Shown here in pieces: positions 29,050 through 50,969 of a stretch of 64,000 bases of DNA. The position numbers and the translations under genes are program-made. The stretch is from the human T2T-CHM13v2.0 reference genome, Homo sapiens, in contig CP068257.2 in assembly GCA_009914755.4 (NCBI GenBank), positions 35,840,001 to 35,904,000 of the forward strand, read 5' to 3'. Position 1 is the first letter of the stretch, and every line of letters begins with the position of its first letter. The notes under the pieces are model-generated. The model was given only the letters and a program-made list of their open reading frames with translations. It was not told the DNA's origin and did not search any database.

Positions 29050-32000
29050 TGAGTTAATGGTTCTTTTCTATCAAAATATTTTGATTTTATTTTAAAGTGG
29101 CTGATTAAAAATTTGTTTATTTCTGTTGGACAGCAAGATTTATATAAGTGACTTGATCTGGTAGTAATAGTCTAAATCTTGGGGAATGTGCCTTCCATGT
29201 AGCATACCATGTAGAAACAAATGAGAATAGTGTGTGTGTGTTTTTTATTTGCAACTTACTGGTACCATTTGTTTGCTAATAATGATGCATGTTTATCCAT
29301 AGGGTCATCTTTCCAGTAACTTTAACCATTTCTAATCTAGCTCAGAAACTAGTTGTGAGCTAGTATGTTCTTAGTGGTTGTGGAACCATTTTTGGGGCAT
29401 CTGCAACAAGATCTCAGGCTCCTCCCCAGTCTCTTCATCAGCTTGGCAGCATTAGAAGCTATTAGATTTACAACTACAGAAAAGAGATAATAGCCACTGC
29501 TTATTGAATCTCTACCACATTCCTTATGCTTTTCTTCCATCATCTGTAATAATTTATAGCAGTCTTATAAGGAAGATGGTAGAATCCTTAAGTTATGGTT
29601 GGTTTGTATAAGAAGCCCCATACCCAGGGTCATAGGGCTCTGCAGCTAAGATTGGAAGCTGCCGTACTTCTGCCTACTCCAAAGTCTGTTTCATTCTCAC
29701 ATAGTCTTCCTTCTGAAAACAGAAATAGGAGACAGAAGAATTATGACAATACTGAAGTCTAGGGCCATTTGATACATGGGCAAAATATCTTCTAGTACAC
29801 CTTCTTTCGCAGTATTTTTTAATCAAATCTAATATGTCAGTGATTGTAAGACACCATCATTTTATGTACCGTCAAGGAAAAAACTGTTAAGTATTCATAT
29901 AAGATGCCATCAATCGAAGATACAGACCTTAAGATCAGCACAGAGCCATAGTCACTTGTGTTCAGAAACACTGACCTTATTTGATACACGTAAGGCTGAG
30001 TTTTATTTAACAGATCTTTTAAGAAAACGTTATGATTCTTTGGTCCACCCCAAAAAGGTAGAAACAAATAATGGATCTTTAAAAGGGGCAAGCTTCAGAT
30101 TGTTTAGATTTTGTTTGTGAAATACTTCTCATTCCTCATTATTAAAATATAAAATGAGTTTCTATTAATTTTTCTTAGTTTCTTTATAGATACTGATATA
30201 ATTCATAATAATACCATTCTTATCTTAAAACCTTGTCACACACAATGAAACTTTGCTGTTCACTGTCAGTTATAACTTACATGAGGTGACCCATTTCCAT
30301 TCAAGGGTTTTAGAAGCACATCAAGGACATTCTAAGGATGATTGACTTACACAATGATCTCTGAACATGCCTCCTGCCTTCTCCTCACTCTTGAGTATTT
30401 GCTTAGGGGAGCAGAAAAAATACTGGTAGCATTACTGTAACATTTTAATTCTGCTTTATTTAAAAAAGACATAGCTGGCATATAGTTAAGTACTGAAAAA
30501 TGTTAGCTACTCAGTTATGTATAATGCTAGTATTTTGTTTTGAATAAAGTTGACATTAATGATCATATTATTAATTGTATTAGTTATTACAGATACTCTT
30601 TGGATGAGTTTTTAAATTCTTATTTCAGAAGATGGTGAATGCATAACGTCTCAAGAAACTGAGATTCTGTTTGGAAAACAAAAGAACTTTAGATTAGACA
30701 AGTTCATATCAATTGAATTGATACCTTAAACTTAAGGTATCCGAAAGTCATATTGATTTTTATGATGTAAATTAGTTTTAAAGTGATTGATGAGTCTGAT
30801 TTATTCTGATGAGTTTTATTGTCTTGTCTTTGAACTTTAAAAAACATCTACTTCTTTACTGTGTAGCCAAATTTCTTATCTGGATTATTTGGTACCTGCC
30901 ATGGTCTAGTTAAAAGAAAATTTAGTTGAAGTCTTCAACAAAGTCTTGCCAGCCCTCCATTCTCCCCAAAATTTGGTTAAAAAGACTGAACAAATATGCT
31001 TGTTTGAGCTTTCTTTGACAATGTCTTTAGTGCTCAGCACACTGTAGATACTAAGTAAATGAATAAAGAATTGTGAGGTCAAGTGAAACTAAGTAGATCT
31101 TTCATTGGACGAACATTGTGATCACAGAGCTTCTTAAAGGAATTTTTATAATCACATTAGAATTCTGACAGCAGTTACTTTTTGCATTCATTTAGTGGCA
31201 CCTGCTTAACCAGGAGATTAAAAGCCATCCACAGACCATGATTGTGAGGTATCATGGAACTATGTTTTTAGTTTTAAACCTATAAACTGAAGTGACTAAG
31301 AGCAGATATTTTACATTCTTAGGTAACATTTAAGGATTCCTTTTGTTATTTTTAGTATCGAGTTGTGCTGTAGACTCCTATATAGCCATGTAGTTATTTT
31401 TATTGTGTTACTTATTCTAACTTTAGATCACCTATACCATGAAAGATCTAAAAGCAATATTGATGTTCACTGCTTTGAGGCAGGCAGCCCAGGACTATTC
31501 CCAGGAAAACACAATGTATCCACAGTTCTTAGTGATCAGACATTGATTACTATCAGTTTATTCCAGATAGATCTGTAGAGAAACCTCTCATTTTGTAATA
31601 CTATAAGATAAAATGAAAATCACCTTGACAGATGGGTGTTTTATGTCATTGCAGTTGTGTTACAGGTGCTCAGTTTGGTATATATAAGACTTAACAGGGA
31701 GGGACAGCACTTTATCGAATAACCTCATCTGATGTGACGTCAGTGTTAATAGTTAAAGCACAATCTTTGAGGCAATTTAGTGAGTATTCAGCCTTTTTAG
31801 AGGGTCAACAGTGATAGCGACCTATGTATTCTATGCTGTTTCCCCACTCACAAGCCTCCTTATCATCTCTTCTTGTAGCTGAGCTTTATTTTGAAGTTTT
31901 CCAAACCTTCAGTCTCACACAAGAGTTGTCACTTACCAATTTGATAAACACAGTTAAGTCCTCCAATACTTTTACCAAAGCATGATTTTCAGACATTTGT

Positions 32001-32531
32001 TGTATTTGCCTAAAGGGTAAAAAAAAAAAAGGCTATCAATGAAAATTGTGACAGAAAATTACCAGTGAAATCTAAAGTTCAGCAGTGCAGATACATTTCA
32101 AAGCCTACACAGAGGGCTGCCAACTACAGCATTGTCACAAACCAGAGATCCCAGTAGGTGGAGCTTAGACATAGGAAGTTGTGAGGTAGGGCTCTCGGGA
32201 AGTAAAAAGTGCTTTCTTTTATAAATGAAGATAAAATTGCTGAAATATTCTCACTGCTGTTTGTCCATTTGGTCCTTATGTTTTCAGATCTGACTTTTAG
32301 AGAAACAAGGCATTTTGGTAGCACTGCTTACCTTATATCACTTACCGACATATGCTGTACCTGTTTAATTCAGCAGAAGAGCAACTTAGATATTCTTAAC
32401 TGATTGAAAACTGCTGTTATTACAAAATGCTGATCTCCAAACTTTAACTGAACTCAGCATTTGATGTAATAATGTTATAGAACATTTGAGAGTGCATGTG
32501 TTTGTTACTCTCAGTTTATTGGTATATATAA

Positions 32532-32873
<342 letters not shown>

Positions 32874-32914
32874 TAAATAGAAATTAAATAGAAGTAGGTA
32901 GGACAGTGTAGGTA

Positions 32915-33005
32915 TTAGGTTGGCGCAAAAGTAATTGCGGTTTTTGCCATTGCAGTTGCTGTTTTTGCAGTGGCAAAAACCGCAATTACTTTTGCGCCAA
33001 CCTAA
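32915..33005. mobile_element. MADE1 (Hsmar1 mariner-derived MITE), a roughly 80-90 bp perfect-armed palindrome.
   Basis: ttaggttggcgcaaaagtaattgcggtttttgccattgc...gcagtggcaaaaaccgcaattacttttgcgccaacctaa, with a TA at each end. Confidence 0.9.
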
Positions 33006-35389
33006 TAGATATTTGAAATGTTAATAAGGTGTATACCATTTAGAGGCAATTACAGGATGCTTATTTATCTTTAAAATGTAGCACTTAATTACCTTGTGTT
33101 GATATCTATTTTGGGGAAATACCTTTTAAAATGCAAATAGCAATACTTTGAGTCAAAAGACATTGATTTTTTTGAAATGGGTATATTTAAAATTGTATGT
33201 ATGCTAAAAGATTAAGGGAGAGAATAGGAGATGGAATGATTAAATATTAGGGGATTTGTAACTATATTTCCCAAGTAAAGGTTTTAGTATAAATTTTGGG
33301 ACTTTCCAGTACTAGAACATTGAATCTTTGCTGTAAAATACTTCTCTGAAGATGGATCAAGATAAATCTTTTTTCTCAAAAACTGATGGTTCAAAAAAAT
33401 GCAGGTAATTTTGCATTAGTCATGGTATAAGTATAGAAAATTCAGTTGATAGACTTACTTGTTTTGATAAATAAGTTTGTCTTATTTTCCCCACTCTTAT
33501 TTAAAATTTACATAAATTCTGACACATATCCAAGCTGGTTTTTTTCAGACTGCTAAAAACAGATGTGTTCGTAGTGCTGATAAGTTTAGCTGATTTAGGA
33601 AAGCAGTTTTTTCCTGTCATTCTTCCAGCATTATGAAAACTACTCTAACAGCATTGTTTTATGTATAAAATAGAAGTGATAGGGGTCTCCTCTTGAAAGG
33701 AATTAGTGTCACCATTTGATAATATTTTACTCATTTTAAGCACTATTCTTTTTGCTTTAAGTATTGAAACTATATTTCTTCTGTTTTAAAGAAACCCGGC
33801 TAACATACAGATGTTAATTTTTCTTACTGACTTTTCTGTTTCTTATTTTTCCAAATTAGTGAAATTTTCTGTCCCGTCCTACTTTTGTCCAGGTTTTAAC
33901 TATAACAGATTAATTTAATCATAAGGATTTATAGCCAATTAATAGGACTGTCTTTTTGTTATTTTCTGCAACTTCTCATGGTAGTGAGGCTATCAAATGT
34001 TAAAGTAATTTTTAAAAATTGGAGTAGGGAGCAAAGTTTGCAGTTTTAGATGCCTTCAAAAAATCAAGAGATGCTCGTAGTTAATATGTGGTAGAGTATA
34101 TTGTGAATGAAAAATACATGCCCATCTTGACAGTAATTTGAATAGATTATAGAGTTGGGAAAATTTCCCCCTATTTAAGCCAAATTATGTATTTTGTCCT
34201 AATATTAAACATTATTATTTCTGTCTAGCCAAAATGAGCCAGTTATCCCTACAATAAGTTTTTAACTATTCAAGTTCATTGGCATCACATGGGAAGTTAT
34301 TTCTAAAATAGACCTGCAGTGGTCCTGCCCCTAGATCTGTTGGATTAGAATCAGAAGGTGGTAGGGCAAGTGTGTTTTGGGGAAAGCAACTGCTTTAAAC
34401 AAATTAGATAGGGAGGTGACAAAGTTCTTGGCATAAGCTGTGAAATAAAAGTCTCAGGAGTGGTGAGTGTTTGGGCCTAGGGAGTTAACAATGGTATTGG
34501 CTTATAAAAACCATGGAAATGTAATACTTCTTCCCAGTTCTTTTAAATTAGACTTTCTTCTCATAGTTCCTTAAGGTTGGTTGACCTACCTGTGGAGGCC
34601 TGAGATTGTTCTCGAAGACTTGGCTGGAGGTTTCAGTGGGAACCACAGAAAATTTCATGAGCTTTCTGGCTGCATGGTTTGGGTGTTAGGAAATTTAGTT
34701 AGGATTTTATTTCTTTTCCACTTTTAATAAGTGAAACAAATTGGTCTCTGAAGACATCCTAACATTACTTCATTGAAAATAGTCCATTTCAGGATTGTCT
34801 TTCTATAAGAAGTCTTGGATGGAGGTAGAGAGAGAAGATGAGAGAAGAAGCTATTGGTCAGAGACAGCTCTCAATTGAATCTTTATGTGGCAGTGTTTCT
34901 GGGATTTATCTGTGAGACAGCAAGAGTACAAATATCTGAATTTTAAATTATATTATATTGAAGTTACTTGACTTTTAACGCTGAGAAATACATTGTTTGG
35001 GTTAATTTAAATACTATTTAGTTGTAAAGTTAGTGGTAAACTAAGTGCCAGCCATAGTAGGAAGAAATAATTATTAGGGAAATACATTGCTTTCAATAGT
35101 GTTTTTTTTTTCCTAGTGAGGCATAATTGTTTTAAGAAATATCATGATGACTAGGTAGGATTAGACTAAATGAAAGGGCTTGAATCTTTACGTATTATGC
35201 ATTTCACAGTCAGATTAACCAATCCCTCAAAATGTTTAGTTCTTTAAGCCGTATTCGTAGTCTAATGTTGAAGTTAATCAATGGAACCCTAATTCAGGAA
35301 TTAGCCAATTCTTTTCTGTTAATATCAGATCAATGTTTTTAATCCAATGCTGACTGCAGTTTTAAGCAATTGAAGTAATACTATTTTGA

Positions 35390-35620
<231 letters not shown>

Positions 35621-36318
35621 TAAAAGTTGTTTTTAGGCAAAGATGTCTACTTAATCATTCAAATGTGAGGTCAGTTTGAATATACCTATTTTTCATATTT
35701 GTCAGTTGTCATGTAAGTTTAGAATTATGAGATAGGAGTAGGATATTTTAATCTACTCATGAAGGAGAACAGTTAGAAAGTGTTAAGTATTTTGGCATAC
35801 ATTTTACAGGTTTTAAATACAATACAGAAAGCTTAAAGATGATAAAGAATGAAGGCCATCCTGAAGAGTGATACAAACATCACTCTAAATTTTGAGATTA
35901 TGATTTGGAGTTGAAGAGTAATGATCAGTAGGACTGATGGATACTCAGTCTGAATAATGTAGAGTAAACGAGATTATAGACTTGTAGGGCTACAGAGACT
36001 GTGTGCAGTTCTGAAGTCTACAGGTTTTCAGTCTGTGTTCTGGAAGGTTTTTCAAGGTCAGAGGCAGTGAATGGGAGGGCAGGGACAGGCCTTAACTTCC
36101 CTGCAGTCAGAGAAATTAGACTTTCATTGTTTTAAAAACTACACCTGTGGGGTTTTGTTTGTTTTTTAAAAGAAAAATTGACAATTTGCACGTCTTGATC
36201 AGTCTATTTATAAATGAGAAGAGAAAGGCCAAAGGCATTAATGACTTGTACCGGATTACACAGCTGTTAATAGGTGGTGTCAGAAACTTGTTTCTTCCAT
36301 CCTTCCTTTTAATTCTTC

Positions 36319-36578
36319 TTTTTTTTTTTTTTTTTTTTTTTCCCGGAGATGGAGTCTTGCTCTGTCACTCAGGCTGGAGTATAGTGGGGCAATCTTGGCT
36401 CCCGAGTAGCTGGAATTACAGGCAAGCGCCACTATGCCTGGCTAATATTTGGATTTTTACTAGAGTTGATGTTTCACCATGTTGGCCAGGCTGCTCTCGA
36501 ACTCCTGACCTCAAGTGGTCTGCCCGTCTCAGCCTCCCAAAGTGCTGAGATTACAGGCGTGAGCCACTGTGCCCAGCC
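36319..36578 (-). mobile_element. Alu SINE (- orientation, internally deleted) with a TSD cttttaattc.
   Basis: Poly-T, then the Alu reverse complement; ends ...ccactgtgcccagcc. Direct repeats at 36306-36315 and 36580-36589. Confidence 0.88.
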
Positions 36579-37053
36579 CCTTTTAATTCATTTCAACTTG
36601 AACTGGTGAGCTACTCTTTTATAGTAACTGTCATAGTTTGTTTTTTTTTTTAGTATAAATCTTACTGTGTAAATTAGTATCTTTCTTGGGCTTAAACAAT
36701 ATTAAAAAAACTTTGCCATGTTACTCATTGTAAAGGCCGAGGTCCTTTGAGTAACCCACAGATTCCTACTTCCTCTGATGCCAGTTCTCTCACCACCACC
36801 TGGTCTCTCCTTCTCCCCTCACTCTGTGGTCCCTTGAAAACGCCAGCTACAGGCCCATAGCCCTTTGTATTTCTTCCTTCCTGTGCCTAAAATGCTCTTT
36901 TCTGAGATACTCCTTTGCTGATGTTAGTGTTTGCTCTGATGTCACATTCTCGGTGAAACCATATACCCCACTTACGGTTGCAGTACCCCTTCTCCTCATC
37001 CCATAGTTCTTAGCCAGCATCTGACATCATGTATTTAATTATTTATTGATAAT

Positions 37054-37346
37054 GCCGGGCGCAGTGGCTCACACCTGTAGTCGCAGCACTTTGGGAGGCT
37101 GAAGCAGGCAGATCACTTGAGGTCAGGAGTTCGAGACTGGCCCTGCCAATATGGTGAAACCCCGTCTCTACTAAAAATAGAAAAATTAGCCTAGTGTGGT
37201 GTTGCGTGCCTGTAATCCCAGTTACTTGGGAGGCTGAGGCAGGAGAATGGCTTGAACCCAGGAGGCAGAGCTTGCAGTGAGCCGAGATCACGCCACTGCC
37301 CTCTAGCTTGGGAGACAGAACAAGACTCCATTAAAAAAAAAAAAAA
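37054..37346 (+). mobile_element. Alu SINE (+ orientation).
   Basis: gccgggcgcagtggctcacacctgtagtcgcagcactttgggaggc... with an A-tail. Confidence 0.9.
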
Positions 37347-37534
37347 TTGTGTGTTTGTGTGTATATGTATTTGCTGTCTTCCCACTATAACATAAACTTC
37401 TTTTTGGCAGGAATTTTTATGTTTTGTTTATTATTTTCTACCACTGAATATGGTTCTTAGCATATAATAGGCACACTCATTTAAAGTACTTAAAAAAGTA
37501 CTTTATTAGGTCCATACTTTATTAAGCCTCTGGG

Positions 37535-37538
<4 letters not shown>

Positions 37539-37586
<48 letters not shown>
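37539..37586. repeat. (GT)n microsatellite, about 24 units.
   Basis: Perfect dinucleotide run. Confidence 0.95.
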
Positions 37587-37587
<1 letters not shown>

Positions 37588-37601
37588 TTATTTAACATGC
37601 T

Positions 37602-38192
<591 letters not shown>

Positions 38193-38465
38193 ATTTTTTT
38201 AATAAAATTCTCCCAAAACAGAAACTTTAAAACTTCCTCTCATCTTTCCTTACTGTTCAACATTGTATCCATGGCTACCTGACATAATATGTTTGTTAAT
38301 TGACTGTCTTCCCTTCTGTGGGGTATTTGACTCAAGGAAGGTAGGGCCTTTCTTGTGTTTGTTCATTACTGTATGCTGGATGTCTAGAGGAGTGCCAGAC
38401 ACACAGGAGGTGTGCAATTTATTTATGAATGAATGACTTGATGAGCAGGAGTAGATGTACAGTAG

Positions 38466-38648
<183 letters not shown>

Positions 38649-40699
38649 TAAGGATATATCTGTTTTGAGCCTTTATTAAATTTCTTTATCATACCTGTCT
38701 TTTTATAGCTCATTTTGCATTTACTTGAAATCAGTGTGTTTCAGTTAACGATTTTATTGATACCTTACATAGATATTTTGTTCAGAAGTTGAGTATAGTT
38801 TGACCTGAACTATCAGGTATGGACCAGTGTTTGATTAATGGTCAGAGTTATCTTTAAAACTTCATATTAAAAACTGTATGCCTGCATTTTGAGGCAGCTG
38901 ATCACATCACCATACTTGGTTTCAACAGTAGAATTAATAAATTTGATCTTTGTTTCTCACAGCTTGGGCATGTAATGAGGTCACAGTTAATACTGCAGCT
39001 GTGAACAGAAGTCACAATTGGAGTAAATGATTTTTTTTTTTTAAGTTCAGTTGGTAAATTATGTCAGAAGATGATTTTTGGCTTAAGTAGTATGTGATTT
39101 TTTTCCAAGGATATTAACTGACTAGATGGTCCTTTGATAGACTTCAGATTCCTAGCTCATTGACTTGGATAGCAAAAATTTCACATCTCCAAAATCTTTT
39201 AAAGTGAGGTTTTTAAAACATTTGGTTTGTTTTAGTAATTTTCTTTTATCTGAGGACTTTTTAAAAGATACCTAAACTATGTCAGTTTAATAGAGTAAAT
39301 GATGCCAATTTTGCATCTTGATTTTTTACTTTTGTTTTATAGATCTGTAAATAATCATGTTTTGTAATTTACTTTGGTCCTAGTATTGAATGAATGTAAT
39401 GTATAAATATGTGATTGAATATGACCCCCACACACACATGTACATACAGAAGTCACCTTGAGATCATAGTTTTGCATTTTATAACATTTAAGAGTTTATT
39501 TTTGTTTCAGTTATTATTTTGCCTTGTATTTTAGCGACGCTGCCACCAGGTGTCATTTTCAGTGAACTGAAGATGATGGTTGATCGCCTTAATTCACCTC
39601 CACACAGCTATGGAGTCATAACTTTTAATATCAGATGATTTTCTTTAGAATATTTAAAAGCACATACGTAGTTGTATCTTTCAAAACTGATTTGTAAGTT
39701 CTTGTGTTCTGCCATATTCACTAAAGCTATAGGCAGTGCAGTTTCCAGCTGCTAAATTATGCCTATTCCCCATAAGGAAAGGATGGAAAATGCCATCGAG
39801 ACCTCCTGGGCTCTTGTTTTTTCTTTACCCACATAGCTCATTAATCGTGGCCCATTTTCCATGTAACCAAAAACTTAGTCTGGGAATCCTTACTAGCTTC
39901 ACCAGCATTTAAAGGCGTTCCTACCAGTTTGAATTAGCATGGAGAGGAAATTAAATCTTTTTTATGTTGTCTCTCTCTGTGATACAGGCTGCTGCTTTCT
40001 CCATTTCAGATTGATTTATTTATATTTTGCTTCTGCTATTTTTTTTCCTCAATAAAACATCCCATTCCATCTCCTAAATCTCTGCCTTACAAAAACCACA
40101 GTGACCTATCATTTCTTTCAAATTGATCTATAGGTATTACTATTTTTAGTTATTTGGGGTGGGGGCATTTCAGAAATGAGTAGATTGTCTTTTCCCTTTT
40201 AAAATTGGAAGTGGATATCTTAACATACATTTAATACATGTGAATTAACTAGATTTTTATGAGATTTATTTTAGTCGCACTTAGCAATTGACTTAAGCAA
40301 CTTAATTTTTAAAAATATGAAATAATTATTTTGCTTTTAAGAGATAAATTTTGTAACAAAAAGTCAAATTCATAATCAAATAATTACATTACAAATGGTA
40401 CACTAAGAATTTTGACTAGAGATACAAATAGATGTGCATATACTTTCATTGGCTATCTCTTTGTGGTTTGTTTACTGATTTTATTTTTACTTTTAATTTT
40501 TCATTTTACATTTCAAAAGCCCCATATTAGGGTTTTCCAATAATGAAATAAATACTATATATTTTTTTCCTGGTGGAGGTGCAGAATGAAGAAGACAATA
40601 AATGATGCTTTTTTTGAAGTACAGTTTATATAAGATACATATTTTAAGTGTTGAGTTTGTTTTCACCTTTGTGTACAGCAGTGTCCCCCATCTAAACCA

Positions 40700-45800
<5,101 letters not shown>

Positions 45801-45814
45801 ATGTGATGTTATTG

Positions 45815-46086
45815 TTATTTTTGAGACAGGTTCTCACTCTGTCACCCAGGCTAGAGTGCAATGGTGTGATCATGGCTGATTACAGCCTTGACTTCCTTGG
45901 CTCAAGCAGTTCTTCTACCTCAGCCTCCCAAGAAGCTCGGACTACAGGAGTGGTGCAACCACCATACCCAGCTATTAAAATTTTTTGTAGGAACGGGGTC
46001 TGGCTATGTTGCCTTGGCTGGTCTTGAACTCCTGGACTCAAGCAGTCTTCCCACCTCAACCTGGGTGTAGAGACATGAGCCCAGCC
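45815..46086 (-). mobile_element. Alu SINE (- orientation), diverged (old subfamily).
   Basis: ttgagacaggttctcactctgtcacccaggctagagtgcaatggtgtgatcatggctg... Confidence 0.85.
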
Positions 46087-47611
46087 TATATTTTTTAGTT
46101 CTAGCATTTCTATTTTGTTTTAAATATAGTTTTTCTCTTCTGAAATTCTACATCTATTCATATGTTGTCCACTTTTGAACTAAATTGTTTATCATAATTT
46201 ATCAGAAGTAATTTATCATAATTATTTTAAAGTTCCAGTCTGCTATTTTCAACATCTGCACCATTTATTTATGTGTATCTTCTATTGGGTTTTTTTCTTT
46301 CATGTGATTGTGGACGTCATTTTTAAAAAATGTTTGTAATTTTTAAATGTGTGACAAATTTTCTTTGCTTAAGAACAGTTAAAGATGGAAGTGAGTCATA
46401 TTTTCCCTCAGAAAGAGGCCTCTCAACTCTGTCAGGCCCCTCATGTGGGGCTGAGTTGATCTCTTTTGTAGCTTAGCTGACTCTGGGCTTTGCTTGTTTG
46501 ACTTAGATTCTACTCCCCACTGTTTTCATATGTTTTGAGCTGGGATCAGGACATTCCCTTCAGCAGTGTTTGTGTCTTTAGAATCAGGGAAAATCTAGTG
46601 GTCTCTATACATTACTGCCCAGTCAGCAGCCCCACTCCTAACTCTCTGTGCCTGGGAGATCGCCTTCCTCCTGCTGTACTGCCCCATCCTTCTGTCTGTC
46701 CACTCCTGGCCGTCAGAAGTTGGTTCAGACTTGGGCTGGAGTCTTCTCGCTCATCTGTGGCTTACTTGCGCCTTCTCCCACTGCAGGTCTCTTCCAGGAG
46801 AGGCTTTTCATTTTGTAGAATTCAGGAGATTTTTGTTCCAACTTTGGATCCTCATACAGCTCTCTGATGGGTCTTTAAAAGGCAGTGATTTTATGACTTA
46901 TTAGAGGAGGAACAATCATCTCACACATTTCTGCATTGTAACAGAAGTCAAAGTCTGGTGATGCTATTCTTAAATTCAATATTTATAGAGATCTTGAGGG
47001 TTATAGTATTATCTGTCAAAAATGAGTTTTCAGGAAATCTCAACACACGTTAGTTTATTATTACATAGATTTTCTAAAGGGAAGCATACATAATTTTCTC
47101 TTTTTCTACCATGAGCAGGTAGGGTTAGGCCAGTGCCTTTTTATGTAGAACATCCTTGGTGTCATTGCCATAGCTTTCTTGGGCTGCTGTTGCTGAAGGA
47201 AGTGTAACAGGTGCTGCGGGTGCACAGTTAGGTAGGAAAGAGGCTCCCAGCCAGGGTGAGCAGGGGCATGCATGTTCTCTGTAAAAGATGAGAGAAAATG
47301 CTTTTAGCCTTGTGGACCTCTGTTGCATATTTTTTGTTTTTGGTTGCTTGTTTTTACAACCTTTGAAAACAGAAAAACCATTTGTAGCTGGAGCTGTAGA
47401 AAACCAGGCTCTGGATCAGGCCATAGTTTACTGACCCCTGGGCTAAATGATCTTTATAGCCATTTTTGGTCTCAGAATTAATGTTGAACTGTAACTACCA
47501 TGCATTTGGGATAGTAATGTGTGAAAAGGCAGAGGATTTAACTATGAAGTGTCCTTTTTAATAAAGGCCTCAACATATATATTTAAACATATTTGAAATT
47601 CAATTATGTGA

Positions 47612-47989
<378 letters not shown>

Positions 47990-48444
47990 TAGATTAGGCT
48001 TGGGAATGTTTTGTGTTTTCTTTATGAAGTGGGATTATTTTAAAGTGTTGATTAAATTTGTTAATAGAGTGGGGAGCAGTTACTTTACTTAAATCTGTTC
48101 TTTGTAGTTAGTAGTAAATTCATCTCCCCCAAAGCTCCAATATTTAGTTACGCATGTAATAAAATCTGCTTGGCAGTTGGAAATCTGTTTACTAACCAGC
48201 ATTTTAAATTACTTCTTAAATGGAATTTTTGTCCACATTGCTTGAGTTTTCCCCTACCTTAACCAGACTTCATTGTATTTTAGTTAAGTGGTGGACGAGA
48301 GAGAACCTGGTTTTAGTCAGAGAATATGAAGACTTTGTGATATACTTTCAAGTTAATATTAGAGATTTTGTATGTGTGTGTGTGAGTACTTTCAGTTTTA
48401 ATGGTATAGCTTCAGAGTATAAATTTGAACAAAATGAATTTTAA

Positions 48445-48687
<243 letters not shown>

Positions 48688-50671
48688 TGACCGTATCATT
48701 TACCCTAGAGGTTCATGACGTTCCTGTCTAAGGAAATGTAAGTATTTATCATAGAGAAGCACATTCTTGCAGTTTTCCTCCTCCTTGTCTAGAAGTGGCT
48801 AACACTTATTGGGGGCATAACAGTTGTTGTTTTGAACAGTTTTTTTCCTGTGTTTATCTCATTTACCAAAGCAGCGTTTTGAGCCTCATGCTTTTTTGAT
48901 TCCCATTTTACAGTGGAAACTGAGACTTCATGGGCTAAGTAAATTTCCCTGGGTCATGATCTGAATGACTCGACTCTGCTTCCTCCCATGATTTTTTAGC
49001 ATTTATAGTCCTGGATTCTGAATCAATTTCTGATTTGATTTTAGCCTTTTTGTTGTTGTTTTGTTTGTTTTCTGTTTTTAAACCTGTTGAAGAGGATCTA
49101 ATTAAGTACTTTTTCAAAATTGGAGTGAAGCAGATGGTGATGGTAAAAATATTTAAATAATCTAATAAAGTTGTAAGTTGGTTCATACCGAGTTTTGCGT
49201 GATGGTGTTTGAAGGTGAGAGGCCAGTGTAGTATTTGATGGATGAGTAAACTGCTGTTGATTAAGAGTGCTCTCCATTCTTGTGACTAGGGCAGCTGAAT
49301 GGTGCTGGAGAAAATCCCACATGCAGCTGTTTGTCAGCACTGTTAATACTCACCAACCTCTGCTGGGCAGTCTTACATGTTTTCCAAGTTGTCCCATCCT
49401 CTCCTATTCTCTTTAATAATAGTTTCAAACTTTTCTACTCTTAGAAACCTTTGCCCTCCCCTTCTCTGTTCTTACCCACTCTTTGCTTTGTAAGGAAAAG
49501 AGTCTTCAGACAGGAACTCTCTCCACTTTGTAACATTGAATACATGATCCTGCCTATGTGTGCACTGTCCACTTCTCCTCTACCCCTTTTTTGTTAGAAG
49601 CAGTGTGTTTCTTTCTGCCTAAGGCCAAGCCCACTCATTGCCCTGATCCCCTCTCTCCTGCCATCATGGGGGCTTTGCCCTTTGGTCTCCCTCAGCTCCG
49701 GTGTCTTCACTCTCTCCTCTTTTGGCTTTTTCTGTTGATCAGCATTTCCTCATCCTCAGGCCTCTCCCATCTTAAGCAGCACCTTTGCGTGTCCCCCTTT
49801 CTTTCCCTATACTTCTGCTACCTGTGGTCTTTGTCTCTTTACCCTGAAGACCTCTTTGCTTGTTCCACTTAGGTCCTGCCCTCCAACTCTCCTGCCGGTG
49901 TCAGCGGTGACCTTTATTCATGGGTCCAGTGGACACCCTAATGCTGTCTTTCTGCATTCTACAACTTCATTTGGCAGTGTTGACTTTTCCCCACTCTTTG
50001 AAACACTCACTGCTGGTTTCCTTGGCAGGATGTTCTTCTTTCCCTCCCCCCACCCCTTTTCTTTGCCCTTTCCTTCACTGTCTGTTTCGTTTTTTTTCTT
50101 CTACCCAGCACTGAAACCTGGGTGTTCCTCGAGGCATGACCTGTGTCCCTTCCCTACTCCGCTTAATGTTTCCTGGATGATTTCAGCCACACCTGCCAGG
50201 GCCTGCAGTCACCATCCTCATGCTAGTTGCTCCTAAGTCTTGACTTCTGACTTAGACTTCACTTCTGAACCCCTGGGGCCTTTCTAATTGTTTACTATAA
50301 ATGTCACCTTGAAAGTCTCAACAATATGTGCACACACAGCACATAAACTGAAGTCATCATTTTCACTTCCTTCCCAACGCTTCTACTTTTGCCATTCTTT
50401 GTAAAAATGGCCCTAAATTTACCCATTTGCTCAAGTTGTAAATTTGGGGGCACTCCTCTCTCCCTCTTTCCCCACACTGAATCAGACAGTAAATTATCTG
50501 GATTCACCACATCTTAATACGTTTTTATTCTCCACCTTTCACTTTACCTCATTGTTATGACTTGTCTTATTAGAATGGAGTGTCTCATTCCATTCACCTG
50601 TCAGCACCATTCTCTTCCCTGCAGCCAAGTGAGCTTTCACTAAAGTGGTCTGTTCTTGCTATTTTCCCTAC

Positions 50672-50969
50672 TTTTTTTCTCCCCTGCTGAGACGGAGTCT
50701 TGCTCTGTCGCCCAGGCTGGGGTGGAATGGAACAATCTCTGCTCATTGCAACTTCCGCCTCCCTGGTTCAAGCGAGTCTCCTGCCTCAGCCTCCTGAGTA
50801 GCTGGGATTACAGACGCACATCACCATGCTGGCTAATTTTTGTATTTGTAGTAGAGACGGGGTTTTGCCACGTTGGCCAGGCTGGTCATGAACTCCCGAC
50901 CTCAGGTTATCTGGCCATCTCGGCCTCCCAAAGTGTGGGGATTACAGGCATGAGCCACTGCACCTGGCC
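50672..50969 (-). mobile_element. Alu SINE (- orientation).
   Basis: ...ctgagacggagtcttgctctgtcgcccaggctggggtggaatgg...; ends ...ccactgcacctggcc. Confidence 0.88.

Noticed and set aside
39492-39638. An intronic ORF ending ...ELKMMVDRLNSPPHSYGVITFNIR* as a possible alternative terminal exon
   Set aside because: The preceding exon (ending 38642) needs a phase-0 exon. None of the obvious AG acceptors (39534, 39562) gives that frame; both hit an immediate or near-immediate stop. I am not confident of any transcript using it.
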